A program made the position numbers and the translations under genes. A stretch of DNA of 63,765 bases, filler included, from Pirum gemmata (taxonomy: Eukaryota): the NCBI GenBank assembly GCA_002812295.1. It is 29 parts of 29 records of this genome, joined end to end, with 100 filler letters (N's around TTAATTAATTAA, not from the genome) between each part and the next. Parts side by side here need not be neighbours in the genome. Positions count along the whole stretch, not along the records: positions 39,102 to 41,096 come from PDIN01009262.1; positions 41,197 to 43,221 come from PDIN01009263.1; positions 43,322 to 45,317 come from PDIN01009264.1; positions 45,418 to 47,420 come from PDIN01009265.1; positions 47,521 to 49,524 come from PDIN01009266.1; positions 49,625 to 51,606 come from PDIN01009267.1; positions 51,707 to 53,721 come from PDIN01009268.1; 22 more parts are not named here. The stretch is one strand, 5' to 3'. Within the stretch, counting starts at the first letter, position 1, and every line of letters begins with the position of its first letter. The notes beneath the pieces are model-generated. The model worked only from the letters and a program-made list of their open reading frames with translations. It ran no database searches and was not told where the DNA came from. Shown piece by piece: positions 39,148-52,291 of this stretch.

Positions 39148-40120
39148 CATTGTTTTTGAGTTGAGACATGATAGAAATTGGCTGTCCATTTAATATATTA
39201 CTTAAACTAAAAGAACCTAATCCAACATCCATTTCAAACGGCAAAGCCTAAATAAATCAAATGTATAAGTTAAATTAGAATCAAACAACAACAACAACAT
39301 ACAACAATTACAACATAAAACACAAAGCATAAACCATACAACATACAGCAAAACATAGCAACATTTACCATACAAAACGATACATACAACATACACCAAC
39401 AACACTAACCCTGCATTTTTAATCTTACCTTGGCAGAATGGTGATAGAAATAAAATGTACAAGTTAAAATAATATCATACAACAACTACCACATACATAA
39501 AACATACAATACAGCAACATATAACAACATATAACATACAAAATAACACATTACAACATACAAAACAACACTAACCCTACATAAACAATCATAACTTTAC
39601 AGAATGGTGATAGAAATCAGATGTATAAGTTAAATGGGGGTCATTTAGATCAAATTTTTAAGTTAAATTAGGATCAAACAACAACAACAACATACAACAA
39701 TTACAACATAAAACATAAACCATAAACCATACAACATACAATAATAGCAACATATAACATACAAAGCAATACATACAACACACACCAACAACACCAACAA
39801 CACCAACAACACTAACCCTGCATATTTAATGGTGAGAGAAATAAAGTGTATAAGTTAAACTAGGATCACACAACAACTAGCACATAAAGCATAAAACATA
39901 CAACATACAATAACATACAGCAAAATATATAACAACATATAACATACAAAACAACACAGTACAACATACACAAACAGCATATACAATCTTACTTTGACAG
40001 AATGGTGATAGAAATCAAATGTATAAGTAAAATTGGGGTCAAACATCATCCCATTTTGAGATTTTGTAAAATATTTTTTTCGTTTTACAGCTGGAACGTT
40101 TGTTTCAAGAAAAATACCAC
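39148..40120 (-). CDS. DUF1769 (Duc1-like) family protein, two C-terminal exons
   Basis: Exons 40120-39993 (GIFLETNVPAVKRKKYFTKSQNGMMFDPNFTYTFDFYHHSVK) and 39247-39148 (ALPFEMDVGLGSFSLSNILNGQPISIMSQLKNN), GT-AG and in phase. The RKKYF..FDP..YTFDFY..GQP pattern is recalled from DUF1769. Confidence 0.75.
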
Positions 40121-40776
40121 CTAGTAGTTTGGTCTATTTGTTAAGGTAAAGGTTAGGGTTAGGGTTAGGGTTAGGGTTAAGGTTAAGGCTAGGGCTAGGG
40201 TTACGGTTACGGTTACGGTTACGGTTAGGGTTAGGGTTGGATTTAGGGTTGGATTTAGGGTTAGGGTTGGATTTAGGGTTGGATTTAGGGTTAGGGTTAG
40301 GGTTGGGGTTGGGGTTGGGGTTATGGCTAGGGTTAGGGCTAGGTTTGGGTCGGAGTTGGGGTAAGTATTAGGATTAGGATTAGGATTAATATTAAGATTA
40401 GGATTAGGATTAGGATTAGAATGAGGGTTAGGATTAGGATTAGAATGAGGGTTAGGATTAGGATTAGAATGAGAGTTAGGATTAGGATTAAAATGAGAGT
40501 TAGGATTGGGGCTGTGATTGTGGTTAGGGTAAACGTTCAGTCAAGGTTAAGGTTAGGGTTAGGGTTAGGGTTAGGATTGGGGTTAGGGTTAGGGACTTAG
40601 GTTAGGGTTAAGGTTAAGGTTAGGGTTAGGGTCAGGGTTAGGGTCAAGGTGTTAAGATTAGGATTAAGGTTAGGGTCAAGGTGTTAAGATTAGGATTAAG
40701 GTTAGGGTTAACATGGGAAAATTAAAAAGGCGATTACACAATTTGTAAATGCACTTTAGAGGACGTGGTTATAAAC

Positions 40777-41025
40777 CTGCTCGAAAGGTTCTTTTGTTAT
40801 TCTGCTGAGCTTTTGGATATTAGTACTGGTATTAGAAACATGTTTTTCAATACTGTGTTCAATAATCCTATCAGTATTATCAACAATATGTTCTTTTTCG
40901 TTTTTAAATTTGTCTTCATTTTTATACTTTTCATAATTACAGTAATCGATAGTGTTGCTAACTGTCTTGTTTTGAAATTTAGAATAATCAGTATTAGTGT
41001 CGTTACTATTTTCAATACACACAGC
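40777..41025 (-). CDS. Possible hydrophilic exon
   Basis: cccag|GCT..CAG|gtttat, 83 open codons. Its phase does not join directly to the exon at 40120. Confidence 0.35.
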
Positions 41026-42119
41026 CTGGGCAACCTATTTATGAGCAGGAAAAAATAATATAATAAAAAATTGATAAACAAAAAAAAAAAAAAAAANNNN
41101 NNNNNNNNNNNNNNNNNNNNNNNNNNNNNNNNNNNNNNNNTTAATTAATTAANNNNNNNNNNNNNNNNNNNNNNNNNNNNNNNNNNNNNNNNNNNNAAAA
41201 AAAAAAAAAAAAAAAAAAAAAATCAAGTAAATTTAGAGCTACCAGAGTTCCACCAGTAGCAGTCCATTTTGGAATTCGATCACCTCAGTCGATCAGCTGC
41301 TAGCTAGATATCGTAGCATTAGTTTTTCAAAACGATTTGATTTCGTTCGGAAAGTTTTTTCTTTCTTTCAATAAATAAATGTGTACTACCTCCTAGTAGC
41401 TAGCTCGAGTAGAGGCAGTATGATACTATCGATACTCTGTCTATACAAGCTAAAACAGAAACAAAACGAGCAACAAAATCGATGTAGCCCAAAAACTAGG
41501 CATAGGAAAACAGCTCCAAAATATATAATTATAGACCGGGAAGTTGTGAGAATGATTTTAATTTTATAATGCTTTTCAGCATAAAATATACAATAAAGAG
41601 GATTAAATTAATACAATATAAATTCATTTATTTTTTATTTTAAAAAAAAATTGGGTGATATTAGGGTGATATATTCAATATCGATGTTGATAGTATTTAT
41701 AAAATTAAATGATAGACTGTCATATGATTAGTAGTCTAGCTAGTAGTGGTTATGATAATGACTCTCACTTTTTATACTTCTAAAATAATAATCAACCAAT
41801 ACCACTTTTACTTATTGGGAGGGAGTTGGAATTATCCAATGCAGTTCCATTAAAGTAATTACTGTTTCTCCTACAGTCAGCTGCCTACAGTAGTCTACCT
41901 TTTAACTCTACTACTAAAAAGCGCCCAACTTTTTGCCTTCACTAGAATTTTCAGTTTCGAAAATAAGTAATATAGCTGTAATATATTAATAGGTAATTAA
42001 TAGGTTTGAATTGTTCGAATACAAATGTATAAAGAAAAAAATTAGTAAAAAAAAAGGACATTTTTAGAAACTTTTTGTCTACAGCAGACCATGATACTGG
42101 GGTTGGTGGAGTCCTGGTA

Positions 42120-43090
42120 GCTACCTCTAGCTAGCTACCTACCTAGCTAGCTAGTAGTATGATAGTGGTAGCTAGCTAGTAGTATGATAGTGGTAGCTAG
42201 CTAGTAGTATGATAGTGGTAGCTAGCTAGTAGTATGATAGTGGTAGCTAGCTAGACCCGGGTCTACTAGCTAGCTAGCTAGCTGGCTACTGCTGGCTACT
42301 GTAGCTAGCTAGTTAGAGGCTTAGTTAGAGCTACTCTAGCTAGCTAGAGAGTTACTACTAGCTAGTAGGTTACTACAGCTGTTACTACTATGTCATAATG
42401 CATATCATAGCTAAAGTCAAAAAAATGTTTGAAAATTTCAATCTATTAAATATCTATTACATCACATATATTTGAAAATTAAAAATTCTATTGAAACCCA
42501 CAGAAGTTTTGAATTTTCTCTATGTAGCTAACTAGCCTCCTGGAACTAGCCTCTAGCTAGCTAGCTAGCTAGCTAGTATGATAATCTAGCTGACTACTGC
42601 TGGCTACTGTAAGTCTACTGTAGCTAGTTTAGCTGGCTAGTAGTAGCTAGCTAGCTAGTTAGAGTTAGAGGCTTTTTTATTAGAGGCTAGCTAGAGCTAC
42701 TAGCTAGCTAGCTAGTAGCTAGATTTACTATGATAGCTAGCTAAGCTCTAGAGCTAGCTCTAGTAGGCTCTACTAACTAACTAGTTAGTTAGAGGCTAAT
42801 CTGCTATTGGTTGGTGCAAAAAACTAAGAACATCCTACTTTTTTTTACTATGACACATAATTTTTTTTTTTAAAAAAATGTTTGAAAACTTCAATCTATT
42901 AAATATCTATTAGTCTATTACTTATATTAAATATCTATTAGTCTATTACTTATATTCGAAAATTAAAAATTCTAGTGAAACCCAGAAGTTTCTCTCTATC
43001 ATAGTAGCTACTAGCTAGACTAGCTAGCTCTAGCTAGCTAGAGGTAGTTTTCTCTATCGGATAGTTAGCTAGCTAGGACTATAGCAACTA
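42120..43090. repeat. TAGC/CTAG palindromic low-complexity tract with a 25-bp tandem unit
   Basis: (TAGC)n runs; CTAGTAGTATGATAGTGGTAGCTAG x4 at 42151-42250. Similar tracts at ~4500, 9920, 13750, 28340, 29000, 35810, 37080, 44150, 56570. Confidence 0.9.
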
Positions 43091-45244
43091 CTATATATGG
43101 CCTATTTTTTTCTATTTTTTTCCCAAAAATTTTCAATACATAGAATCTTTAGCAGAATCTTTAGAATCAGTGTAGATCATAAAAAAAAAAACTGAAAAAA
43201 AAAAAAAAAAAAAAAAAAAAANNNNNNNNNNNNNNNNNNNNNNNNNNNNNNNNNNNNNNNNNNNNTTAATTAATTAANNNNNNNNNNNNNNNNNNNNNNN
43301 NNNNNNNNNNNNNNNNNNNNNGCAGTTCCATTAATTAAAACAAGTCAATCAATCAAATAATAGAGAGAAAGTGACGTAAATATGACGTAGTTTAATAAAA
43401 TGAGGTAATAACTACGTCAAGGCTTATCCAAAGGCCTATATTTAGACAAGAAAAGGCTACCGGGTATTCCCGGGTATTACCCCTAGCTCTAAAAGACCCA
43501 TCTAAGCCTATTGATCAGCCTACTGGACCAATCCAAATAGGGTAGTTTAGGTTCTTTATTGCTTATTATGTTAGTTTTGGTGCCTATTAGTAAAATATAA
43601 TAACTACTAGAAGCCTATCTAGAGGCCTCTTTTGTTAGTTTAGAGGCTTAAAACTAACAACTAGCAAGACTAGAACTAACAGGATAGAGATACTATAGAG
43701 ATTAGTGGTCTATATGTTATTATTGTTATTGTTATTGTTATTGTTATTGTTATTAATATTGTTATTGTTATTGCTATTGTTAGTTATTGTTATTGTTATT
43801 GTTATTGTTATTGTTATTGTTATTGTTATTGTTATTTTTATTGTTATTGTTATTGTTATTGTTATTGTTATTGTTATTGTTATTGTTCTTGTTCTTGTTC
43901 TTGTTCTTGTTATTGCAGTTTTTTTCTTGAAAAAGTCACGTGTTATCAATAGCTCGATTCGATTTTTTTAATGGGCTTCGAGTTTTTGAGTGAAAAAAAT
44001 GGATACTCTTTCATTGGGCGGCCTATTACGTAAAAATGACGTCTTGCCAACGATCTTGGGTTGATGAGTCAATGATGACTCCAATTTTTTGACAAAATCA
44101 AGAAACTTTTTTTATCATACAAAATCCAACTTTTTTCGTCCGATTAGCCTAGCTAGCTAGCTAGGTCTACAAGGGGAGCCGACAAGAGACTTGACAAGAG
44201 AGTCAAGACTACCGGTAATGAAATACTGGTATAAAATATCACGATACTTATAAAATTCCTTTTTTATTACCTTTTTTGAGTCTTTTTTGACTTTTTTTAG
44301 CTATCATACTAGCTCTAGAGACTACCCTCAAAGCCTCAATCCCCTAGCTAGCTAGCTAGTAGTAGCTAGCTAGCTAACCTCAAATTCCCTCAATCCAGTT
44401 CTCAATCCCTAGCTAGACTATCCCTAGCTAGTATTCCCTCAAAAATAGGCTAGCTAGTACTCCCAGACTATCATAGAGCTAGCTAGCCTCAATCCCTAAC
44501 CCCTAGCTAGCTAGCTAGCTAGCCAGGCCTAGCCCCCAATCTCTAATTCTCCGATAGACCCCCTCCACTACCTAGTCTAGTAGACCCCCCCCCCGGTCTA
44601 GCTATCATAGCTAGTCTATCATAGCTAGATCTCTACACTACTACTAGCTATCATAGCTAGCTAGTAGACTAGCCCCCCTAGCTAGCTAGCTAGCTAGTAA
44701 GGATCTCTACACTAGCTAGCTCTCTAGCTAGAGGGCTTCAGATGGCCATTCAAAAGTGAGTCAATACTTAAAATTAGATCGAAAATTTTTGAATGTTTCG
44801 AACTCGTCTTGATTCGATGGGTTTTCCCGCAGTCTAAGGTCTTATTGTAGTCTACATAAGGTGGTAAAAAACTTCGATCGAGTTTAATTACTAGAGTTTA
44901 ATTAACTTTCGCTAAAAAAAAAATCGATCTAAACACTTCATTCGAGCAGGCAATTTGCTAGGGCAATTTGGTGAGCTAGCTAGTAGCTAACTGCTAGCTA
45001 GCTCCTAGAGCTAGCTCTCCTGTAGTCTGTACTCTGTAGAGGACACTATAGCTAGCTAGCTAGCTAGCTAAGACAAAGACCAGTCAAAGACCACTCAAAG
45101 ACCCCAGCCTGTTTGATGTGATGAAAATCATTCGTATTTTTATAAAAAAAAAAAGTAGACTAATAGAAAATAATAATTAGTAATATCCAAGGACTTTTTT
45201 TTTTTAAAGTCCTTGTAATAATATCATATAAAATATTCTGAAAA

Positions 45245-45317
<73 letters not shown>

Positions 45318-45417
45318 NNNNNNNNNNNNNNNNNNNNNNNNNNNNNNNNNNNNNNNNNNNNTTAATTAATTAANNNNNNNNNNNNNNNNNNNNNNNNNNN
45401 NNNNNNNNNNNNNNNNN

Positions 45418-45782
45418 GGTTAGGGTTGGTTAGGGTTGGTTAGGGTTGGTTAGGGTTGGTTAGGGTTGGTTAGGGTTGGTTAGGGTTGTTTGGATTGTTT
45501 AGGATTGGCTGGGGTTGGTTGGGGTAGGTCAGGGTTGGTTAGCATTGGTTAGCGTCGGTTAGCGTTGGTTAGCGTTGGTTAGCGTTGGTTAGCGTTGGTT
45601 AGGATTGTTTAGGATTGATTAGCGTTGGTTAGGATTGGTTAGCGTTGGTTAGCGTTGGTTAGCATTAGTTAGCATTGGTTAGCATTGGTTATAATTGGTT
45701 AGCGTTGGTTAGCGTTGGTTAGCGTTGGTTAGCGTTGGTTTGGTTAGCGTTAGGTTTGGTTAGCGTTGGTTAGCGTTAGGGT
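45418..45782 (+). repeat. 10-mer satellite GGTTAG(G/C)GTT derived from the telomere-type motif
   Basis: (GGTTAGGGTT)n grading into (GGTTAGCGTT)n, just past the donor at 45795, so intronic. Confidence 0.9.
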
Positions 45783-45795
45783 TGAACATACAAAC

Positions 45796-47044
45796 CTTGA
45801 GGGAAGAAAATATGAGGAGCTACCATCATCCCATGAACATGAATGTTAATATTATCATAATCATGGGGAATATTTTCTATATCACCAACAATTTTAAAAT
45901 CGGAGGCATTTTTCACTACTTTGTTAGTGAAAGTAAAACCATAAGGCTGCATTCCTCTATATCTATTATTAACGTCAGATGGATCATTATATGCTGTTGG
46001 AAATACAAAGTATTAATCAATACAAAAGGTTAGTTTAGGAAATTTTATACCTAAACCTTAACCCCATACCTATCACTAACCCTTACCTTAACTATGACAA
46101 TAACCTTAACCTTGACCCTAACCCTAAACCTAACTCTAACATAACCATAACCATAACCATAATCATAACCATAACCATAAATATAATCATAACCATTACC
46201 ATAACTCAAAATCAAACTCAAATTTATCTTAACCTTAACTTTAATCCCTAACCCTAACTCCTAACCCTAACATATAATAGTTGAAGACATAATTTAAAAT
46301 TTGTAGAAAAGCATAAAATACTACCTAAGTAGCTATCGAGTCCTGGTGGTTTTGGCCCCAATTTTTTTGATAACCTCGTATCAATTTCATTTTTTACCAT
46401 AATATTCATTTGTTGTCCTGGTTTTACCTAGTAATCATGATTAAATTAAAGTTATTGTAAACAGGGTAACCCTAAACACAAACACAAACCCTAACCCTAC
46501 CCCTTAACTCTTAACTCTAACCCTAACCCAAACCCTAACCCTAACTAACCCAAACCCCAACCCTAACTCTAACCCCAACCCTAACCCTAACTCTAACTCT
46601 AACCCTAACTCTAACTCTAACTCTAACTCTAACTCTAACTCTAACTCTAACTCTAACCTTAATCCTAACTCTAAGTTACCTTGTTTGTCCCCACCATACT
46701 ACTTACCTTAACTCTAACCCTAACCATAAATCTAAGTCTAACCCTAACCATAAATCTAAGTCTAACCCTAACCATAAATCTAAGTCTAACCCTAACCATA
46801 AATCTAAGTCTAACCCTAACCCGGACCCTAACCCTAACCCTAACCCTAAAACCTAACCCTGACCCTAAACCGGACCATTACCGACTTACTTTTAGAGTTG
46901 GACCAAGTAATCCAACTTTTTCACCGGTTTGTTCATCCCCACCGTACCATGTTCTTGTAAAAAAATCTTCTTTTATATTTGCTTTTTCGTTCTTTATGGG
47001 TAGTGTGCTAATTTTAGCCACTAGTGTATAAGTTACATCTCCAT
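45796..47044 (-). CDS. Multicopper oxidase, N-terminal cupredoxin domain (3 exons)
   Basis: Exons 47044-46890, 46427-46325, 45993-45796, all GT-AG and in phase: ...GLLGPTLK|VKPGQQMNIMVKNEI...|...DNINIHVHGMMVAPHIFFPQ. Contains the GPTLxVxPG and HxHG copper motifs. Confidence 0.9.
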
Positions 47045-47828
47045 CTAAAAACATAAAGCATAAAATATAAATCATTAATCATAAATCATAAATCATAAAT
47101 CATAAATCATAAATCATAAATCTTAAATAATAAATAATAAATGATAAACCATAAACCATAAACCATAAACTAAAACCTATACAGCATAAAACATAAAGTA
47201 TAAAATGAATAACGTAAATTATAAATCAAAATCATAACTAATAAATCATAAATCATAAATCACAAATTATAAATAATAAATCATGAATCATGAATCATAA
47301 ATCATAAATCATAAACCATAAATCATAAACCATAAACCATAAACCATAAATCATAATCAAAAACTACACCATAAATCATAAATCAAAATTCAAATATAAA
47401 TAATAATAGTAATAATAATANNNNNNNNNNNNNNNNNNNNNNNNNNNNNNNNNNNNNNNNNNNNTTAATTAATTAANNNNNNNNNNNNNNNNNNNNNNNN
47501 NNNNNNNNNNNNNNNNNNNNTTTTTAAAAAAAACTTTTACTAAAAACTATATATAAAAGACTACATGCAGCTAGTAATTATGGTCATAGGTAAGTTTATA
47601 GGTAAGTGATGACCTGTGAATATGTGATACTCTGTTGACCCACTGATGCTCAATGAGGAAGCGATACAATGTACCGGTAATTATAAATCGTATCCCTTCT
47701 TTAGGACTAGTCACCAGTCAACAGTTCTACCCAATCTGAGTGTGGGTGGGGGAGTGTGGGGGTAAAGGTAAAACCATTCTGTATAATATTATATATAATA
47801 TTATAATTATATAAATTGTATTTTTTAG

Positions 47829-48074
47829 ACTAATTGCGATGAAGATTCTGCATGAGTGGGGCCCGGGTACTTAGACTTCCTTTAAACGCTTATATAATAA
47901 TTATCTCCATTGTTATTGTTATTATGAAGATGATTAATATTATTAAGACAACTATAAAGTACACAACAGTAATGGAGATTTGGACGTTTAATAAAAGAAA
48001 TTCCATGGGTCTGAGTGATTTACAACTGCTATCATAGTTGTATGATATAGAAGCTGTTGTAGAGGAACTGCCTG
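47829..48074 (+). CDS. Possible short exons of an unidentified gene
   Basis: ttttag|A LIAMKILHEWGP G|gtac and atag|LYDIEAVVEELP|gtaggt; structure unresolved. Confidence 0.25.
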
Positions 48075-48823
48075 TAGGTTTATTATTATTATTATTATTA
48101 TTATTTATTTATTAAATCTTTTTTATTAAAATTAATTAAAATATGTATAATATTATGTTTTTAATTAATTACATATCATGTAGCTAATTAGCTATAAGTA
48201 TTGTTCTGTAAGGAAACCATTGAATGGTATATTGTAAAATATACGCACATAAGGATATTCTTACAGGTATTGGTTATATCATATATAATATTATTATGTG
48301 TTTGAAAACACATAGTTAAAGGGTTAGAAGGGTTAGGGTTAGGGTTAGGGTTAGGGTTAGGGTTAGGGTTAGGGTTAGGGTTAGGGTTAGGGTAACTTAG
48401 GGTACTGTGACTCTTTTCTCTTTCGACTCTTTTGAAGGACTCTAGGATTTTTGTGAGGCTGGGATGAATTGAGTTCACACCTTTCTGACAACCTGGTTGG
48501 TTGCTTTTTTTCTGTTTTCTTTTTTGACCAATTAGTTGTAATCATCCTAAGAATACATCTTTTTTAAAAAAGAACTGCCAAAGTGAGTGTGATGATGTCA
48601 TTATTTGATACCATTTATTGTTAGAGAAATTTATTTACTCAGCATTTAGTAACTTAGCATCCAATAAAAATTGGCTATTATAAGCCTGATTAAGTAGGGA
48701 ATTATCACAAACCAATGACCATTAGCTAATGTTTTAAAAAAACTTTGTGGTTTAAAAGGCCTTTGCTATTACTTCCTTAATATGGTCATAATATTTTTAA
48801 AAGTGCGTGTCTGTAACTCTGAA

Positions 48824-49026
48824 TAGGGTCTCCCAATTCTGCTCTTTTTTAAAAATCGAGTTTTCAAGCCTATTTATTAATTAAATAAGTTCGAAATTTT
48901 GAGCTTACAATTAAAAGTATTCAAATATATTTATTTATTTATAAATCCGAAAAAAATGGAAAAAATATTTTTCGAACAGGGCTGAATTTCGGCTTTTTTT
49001 TTGGGGGCTCGAGCAGAATTAGGAGA
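48824..49026 (-). mobile_element. MITE family D copy with 16-bp TIRs
   Basis: TCTCCCAATTCTGCTC ... GAGCAGAATTAGGAGA (1 mismatch); preceded by TAGGG. Confidence 0.8.
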
Positions 49027-50072
49027 GGTGTAACTTTTAGTATAGGGACCGGGGACAATGTGGCCTACAATGCAGCTATGATATGTGGTCAGCTTAGCTA
49101 GGTCAGCCTAGCTAGCCATAATATAAACCACTATCAAACATAACATAATATATCGAATCGAGATTAGTTCGAAATTTTATCAATTTTTCGATCTAATTTT
49201 AAGTATTGAACTAACTTTTCCTGATATTTTGATTTCATAAATTTCAGAAAAAATTTGAAACTCGAAAAAAAAAATATTATTTCAAAATTATCACTATTTA
49301 ATAATTAGGATCGAGCTGTTTGATTCGATTGCGTTTTCCCAATATCTCCCAGTGCTTAGTCTTATATTCTCAGGTCTAATACTATGATTACTATTGGTTA
49401 AAAAAACATCATTATTTCTAATTATTGGCTAATTTTGCAGCCCAATTTCCTACTCTGGAAAAAACTTCTTTTAGAAGTTTCTTGAAAACTCCTGTTAGTT
49501 GAAGGATAATAATAATAATAATAANNNNNNNNNNNNNNNNNNNNNNNNNNNNNNNNNNNNNNNNNNNNTTAATTAATTAANNNNNNNNNNNNNNNNNNNN
49601 NNNNNNNNNNNNNNNNNNNNNNNNATTATTATTATTATTATTATCCACGCCCATCTTTAGAAAGTACAAAGCTGGTAGTCTAAAGCTGGCCATGAATCTT
49701 CACTTGCGAAATCATTTTTTTTTTAGACTTCTTTTCTAAAAACTAGCCAAATTATTTTTAAAAACTAGCCGTTGGCTCATAATAATAGAGTTTTATTATT
49801 ATAGTTATAGTAGTAGATTTCTCAACACCTTGGTAGCACTTTCATTAGAATTGGATCATTTTGTGATTTTTTTGGATTTTGAGCTCATATCGGAGAGTCG
49901 AGACTAGCTAGACTAGTTACAGTAGTTACAGTTTTACAGATAGGCTACTCAAGTTCTATCGGTACTCCTAGCTAGCTAGCTAGACTAAGACCCTTGAAAG
50001 CACACACACTGTTACACACACACACCACAAAAAAAAAAAAAGCAGAAGACACTTATGATATAAATAACTTAG

Positions 50073-50800
50073 GTTTTCATTCTGGCTCATAAAATTTAAT
50101 ATCATAAAACGGACACAACAAACGCAACGAGTCCACAACGACCATAACGATTTCCGTGATTTCTACACCCACAGTCCATCCTCGAACACGACATGTATAA
50201 AAGTGTGAGTTAAAAGATATTAACTGAATGATTCTATTTAAGCGGGTTTTTGTATAATCTTTCATAATGGTATAGTAAAGTTTATTATTTTATTATTGTA
50301 GCAATTTTGTGTATTTTCAATTTTTCAAGGAACGTTCAAATTATCTAATTATCAGCAACATTTCACAATATTAACCCTTGTTGACCCACGAAATTTAAAC
50401 TTATATAATATACAATATAACTATTCTCTAAAACAGTCATATAAATTATTAATAATTTCTTGTTTTTTTATATCTAATGTATATAAAAAGAAAACATCCA
50501 GGAAAAATGCAAGAATGCGAGCTCGTCAAAAAACGGTATGTCTACTTATACCTTTTTTTTGTAAACACTAATACCTACTCACTACCTAAATTCAAGAGTT
50601 TTGGGTATTTTATTTTATTATTATCTTATTTTTTTGTTTTTATTGTTTATTTTTTGTTTATTTTTTGTTTTGTTTTGTTTTATTTGTTTTTACTTTTAAG
50701 CAGAGTCGAAATGACAGTGAGCTAAACTCAAATGTCGATTATGAAAAGTGCTCGCGTTCACGTTCACGTTCACGTTCACGTTCGCCTGTCCTGGATTATC
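50073..50800 (+). CDS. Candidate multi-exon fragment with a short RS repeat
   Basis: Phase-compatible exons ~50073-50204, 50502-50535 (KNARMRARQKT) and 50704-50800 (SRNDSELNSNVDYEKCSRSRSRSRSRSPVLDY). Confidence 0.45.
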
Positions 50801-52185
50801 GTATTTCTAAAAAATAAACCCTTTTTGGGTCACCACTTAGGGTTAAGGTTAAGGTTAAGGTTAAGGTTAAGGTTAAGGTTAAGGTTAAGGTTAGAGTTAG
50901 GGTAAGGGTTACTTTTGCTGGTTAGGGTTAGGGTTAGGGTTAGAGAGGGTTAAGGGTTACGGTTAAGGGTTACGGTTATGACTAGATTAGGGTTAGGGTT
51001 AGAGGTTAGAGGTTAGAGGTTAGAGGTTAGAGGTTAGAGGTTAGAGGTTAGAGGTTAGAGGTTAGAGGTTAGAGGTTAGAGGTTAGGGGTTAGGGTTTAG
51101 AGGTTAGAGGTTAGAGATTAAGGTCGGTGTTTAGGGTTTAGGGTCAGATCTAGGGTTTAAGGCAAAGCAACCTAAGATAATGTTTTTCTTTCCAAATCGT
51201 TTACATGGTTTAAGAAATGCATGAAATAAATTTAGCGAGTATTGTGAGTACGGCGGTGTAATTTTTTTTGCTATCATCAGAACCTTTCGCTCGCCTTAAT
51301 TATAATGTTTTACATTAAAATAGTTTTATTTTCATTTTCTAGCCGAAATTCTAATAGAGATATTATATATTATAGTACTTATTACTTTCTTCTACTTTTT
51401 TGTACATCAAATAATAGCCACTCTAAAAAAAAACAGCAGTGTTTTTGAAAGCAACTCTTCATCAAGGTTTGTTATATAAAACAATAAAACTTTAAACAAT
51501 AAACAATAAACAATAAACAATAAACAATAAATAATACACAATAAACATTAAAAAATAAACGCTAAATAATTAATAATTAATAATTAATAATAAATAATAA
51601 ATAATANNNNNNNNNNNNNNNNNNNNNNNNNNNNNNNNNNNNNNNNNNNNTTAATTAATTAANNNNNNNNNNNNNNNNNNNNNNNNNNNNNNNNNNNNNN
51701 NNNNNNTACACATACCAAGAAGGAAGAAATGGCGACATCCGCCATATGAGCACAAAAACCCAAAAAAACCCAAAATGGTCCACTTTTAATTACAAGTACT
51801 ACCAAATGTTGAGAAATCGTCTAACTACAAAAACTCTATTATGAACCAATGGCTAATTTTTAAAAATAATTTGGCTATTTAGTATTAAAGGTCTTTAGAA
51901 AAGAAGTCTAAAAAAAAATGATTTCTACAGTTTTATCCGACTTTGCTGTTAAAAAAAAGAAACAGTGGAAAGTAGTGGATTATAGCTGGACATGTGCTGT
52001 AGTATTAGTAGAAGTAGAAGTAGCAGTAGTAGTAACTAGTAGTGGTGGTAATAGAAGTATTGTAATAGTAATAGTAATAGTAGTAGTAGCAGTAGTAGCA
52101 GTAGTAGCAGTAGTAGTAGTAGTAGTAGTAATTATATTAATAATAATAATAGTAGTAGTAGTTGTAGTATAGCAGTAGTAGTAAC

Positions 52186-52291
<106 letters not shown>

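Noticed and set aside
40121..40712. Rule that intronic TTAGGG-type repeats lie G-rich on the sense strand
   Set aside because: Holds for the FNTA, AT-hook and 46050-46860 introns but is reversed here and at 45418-45782.
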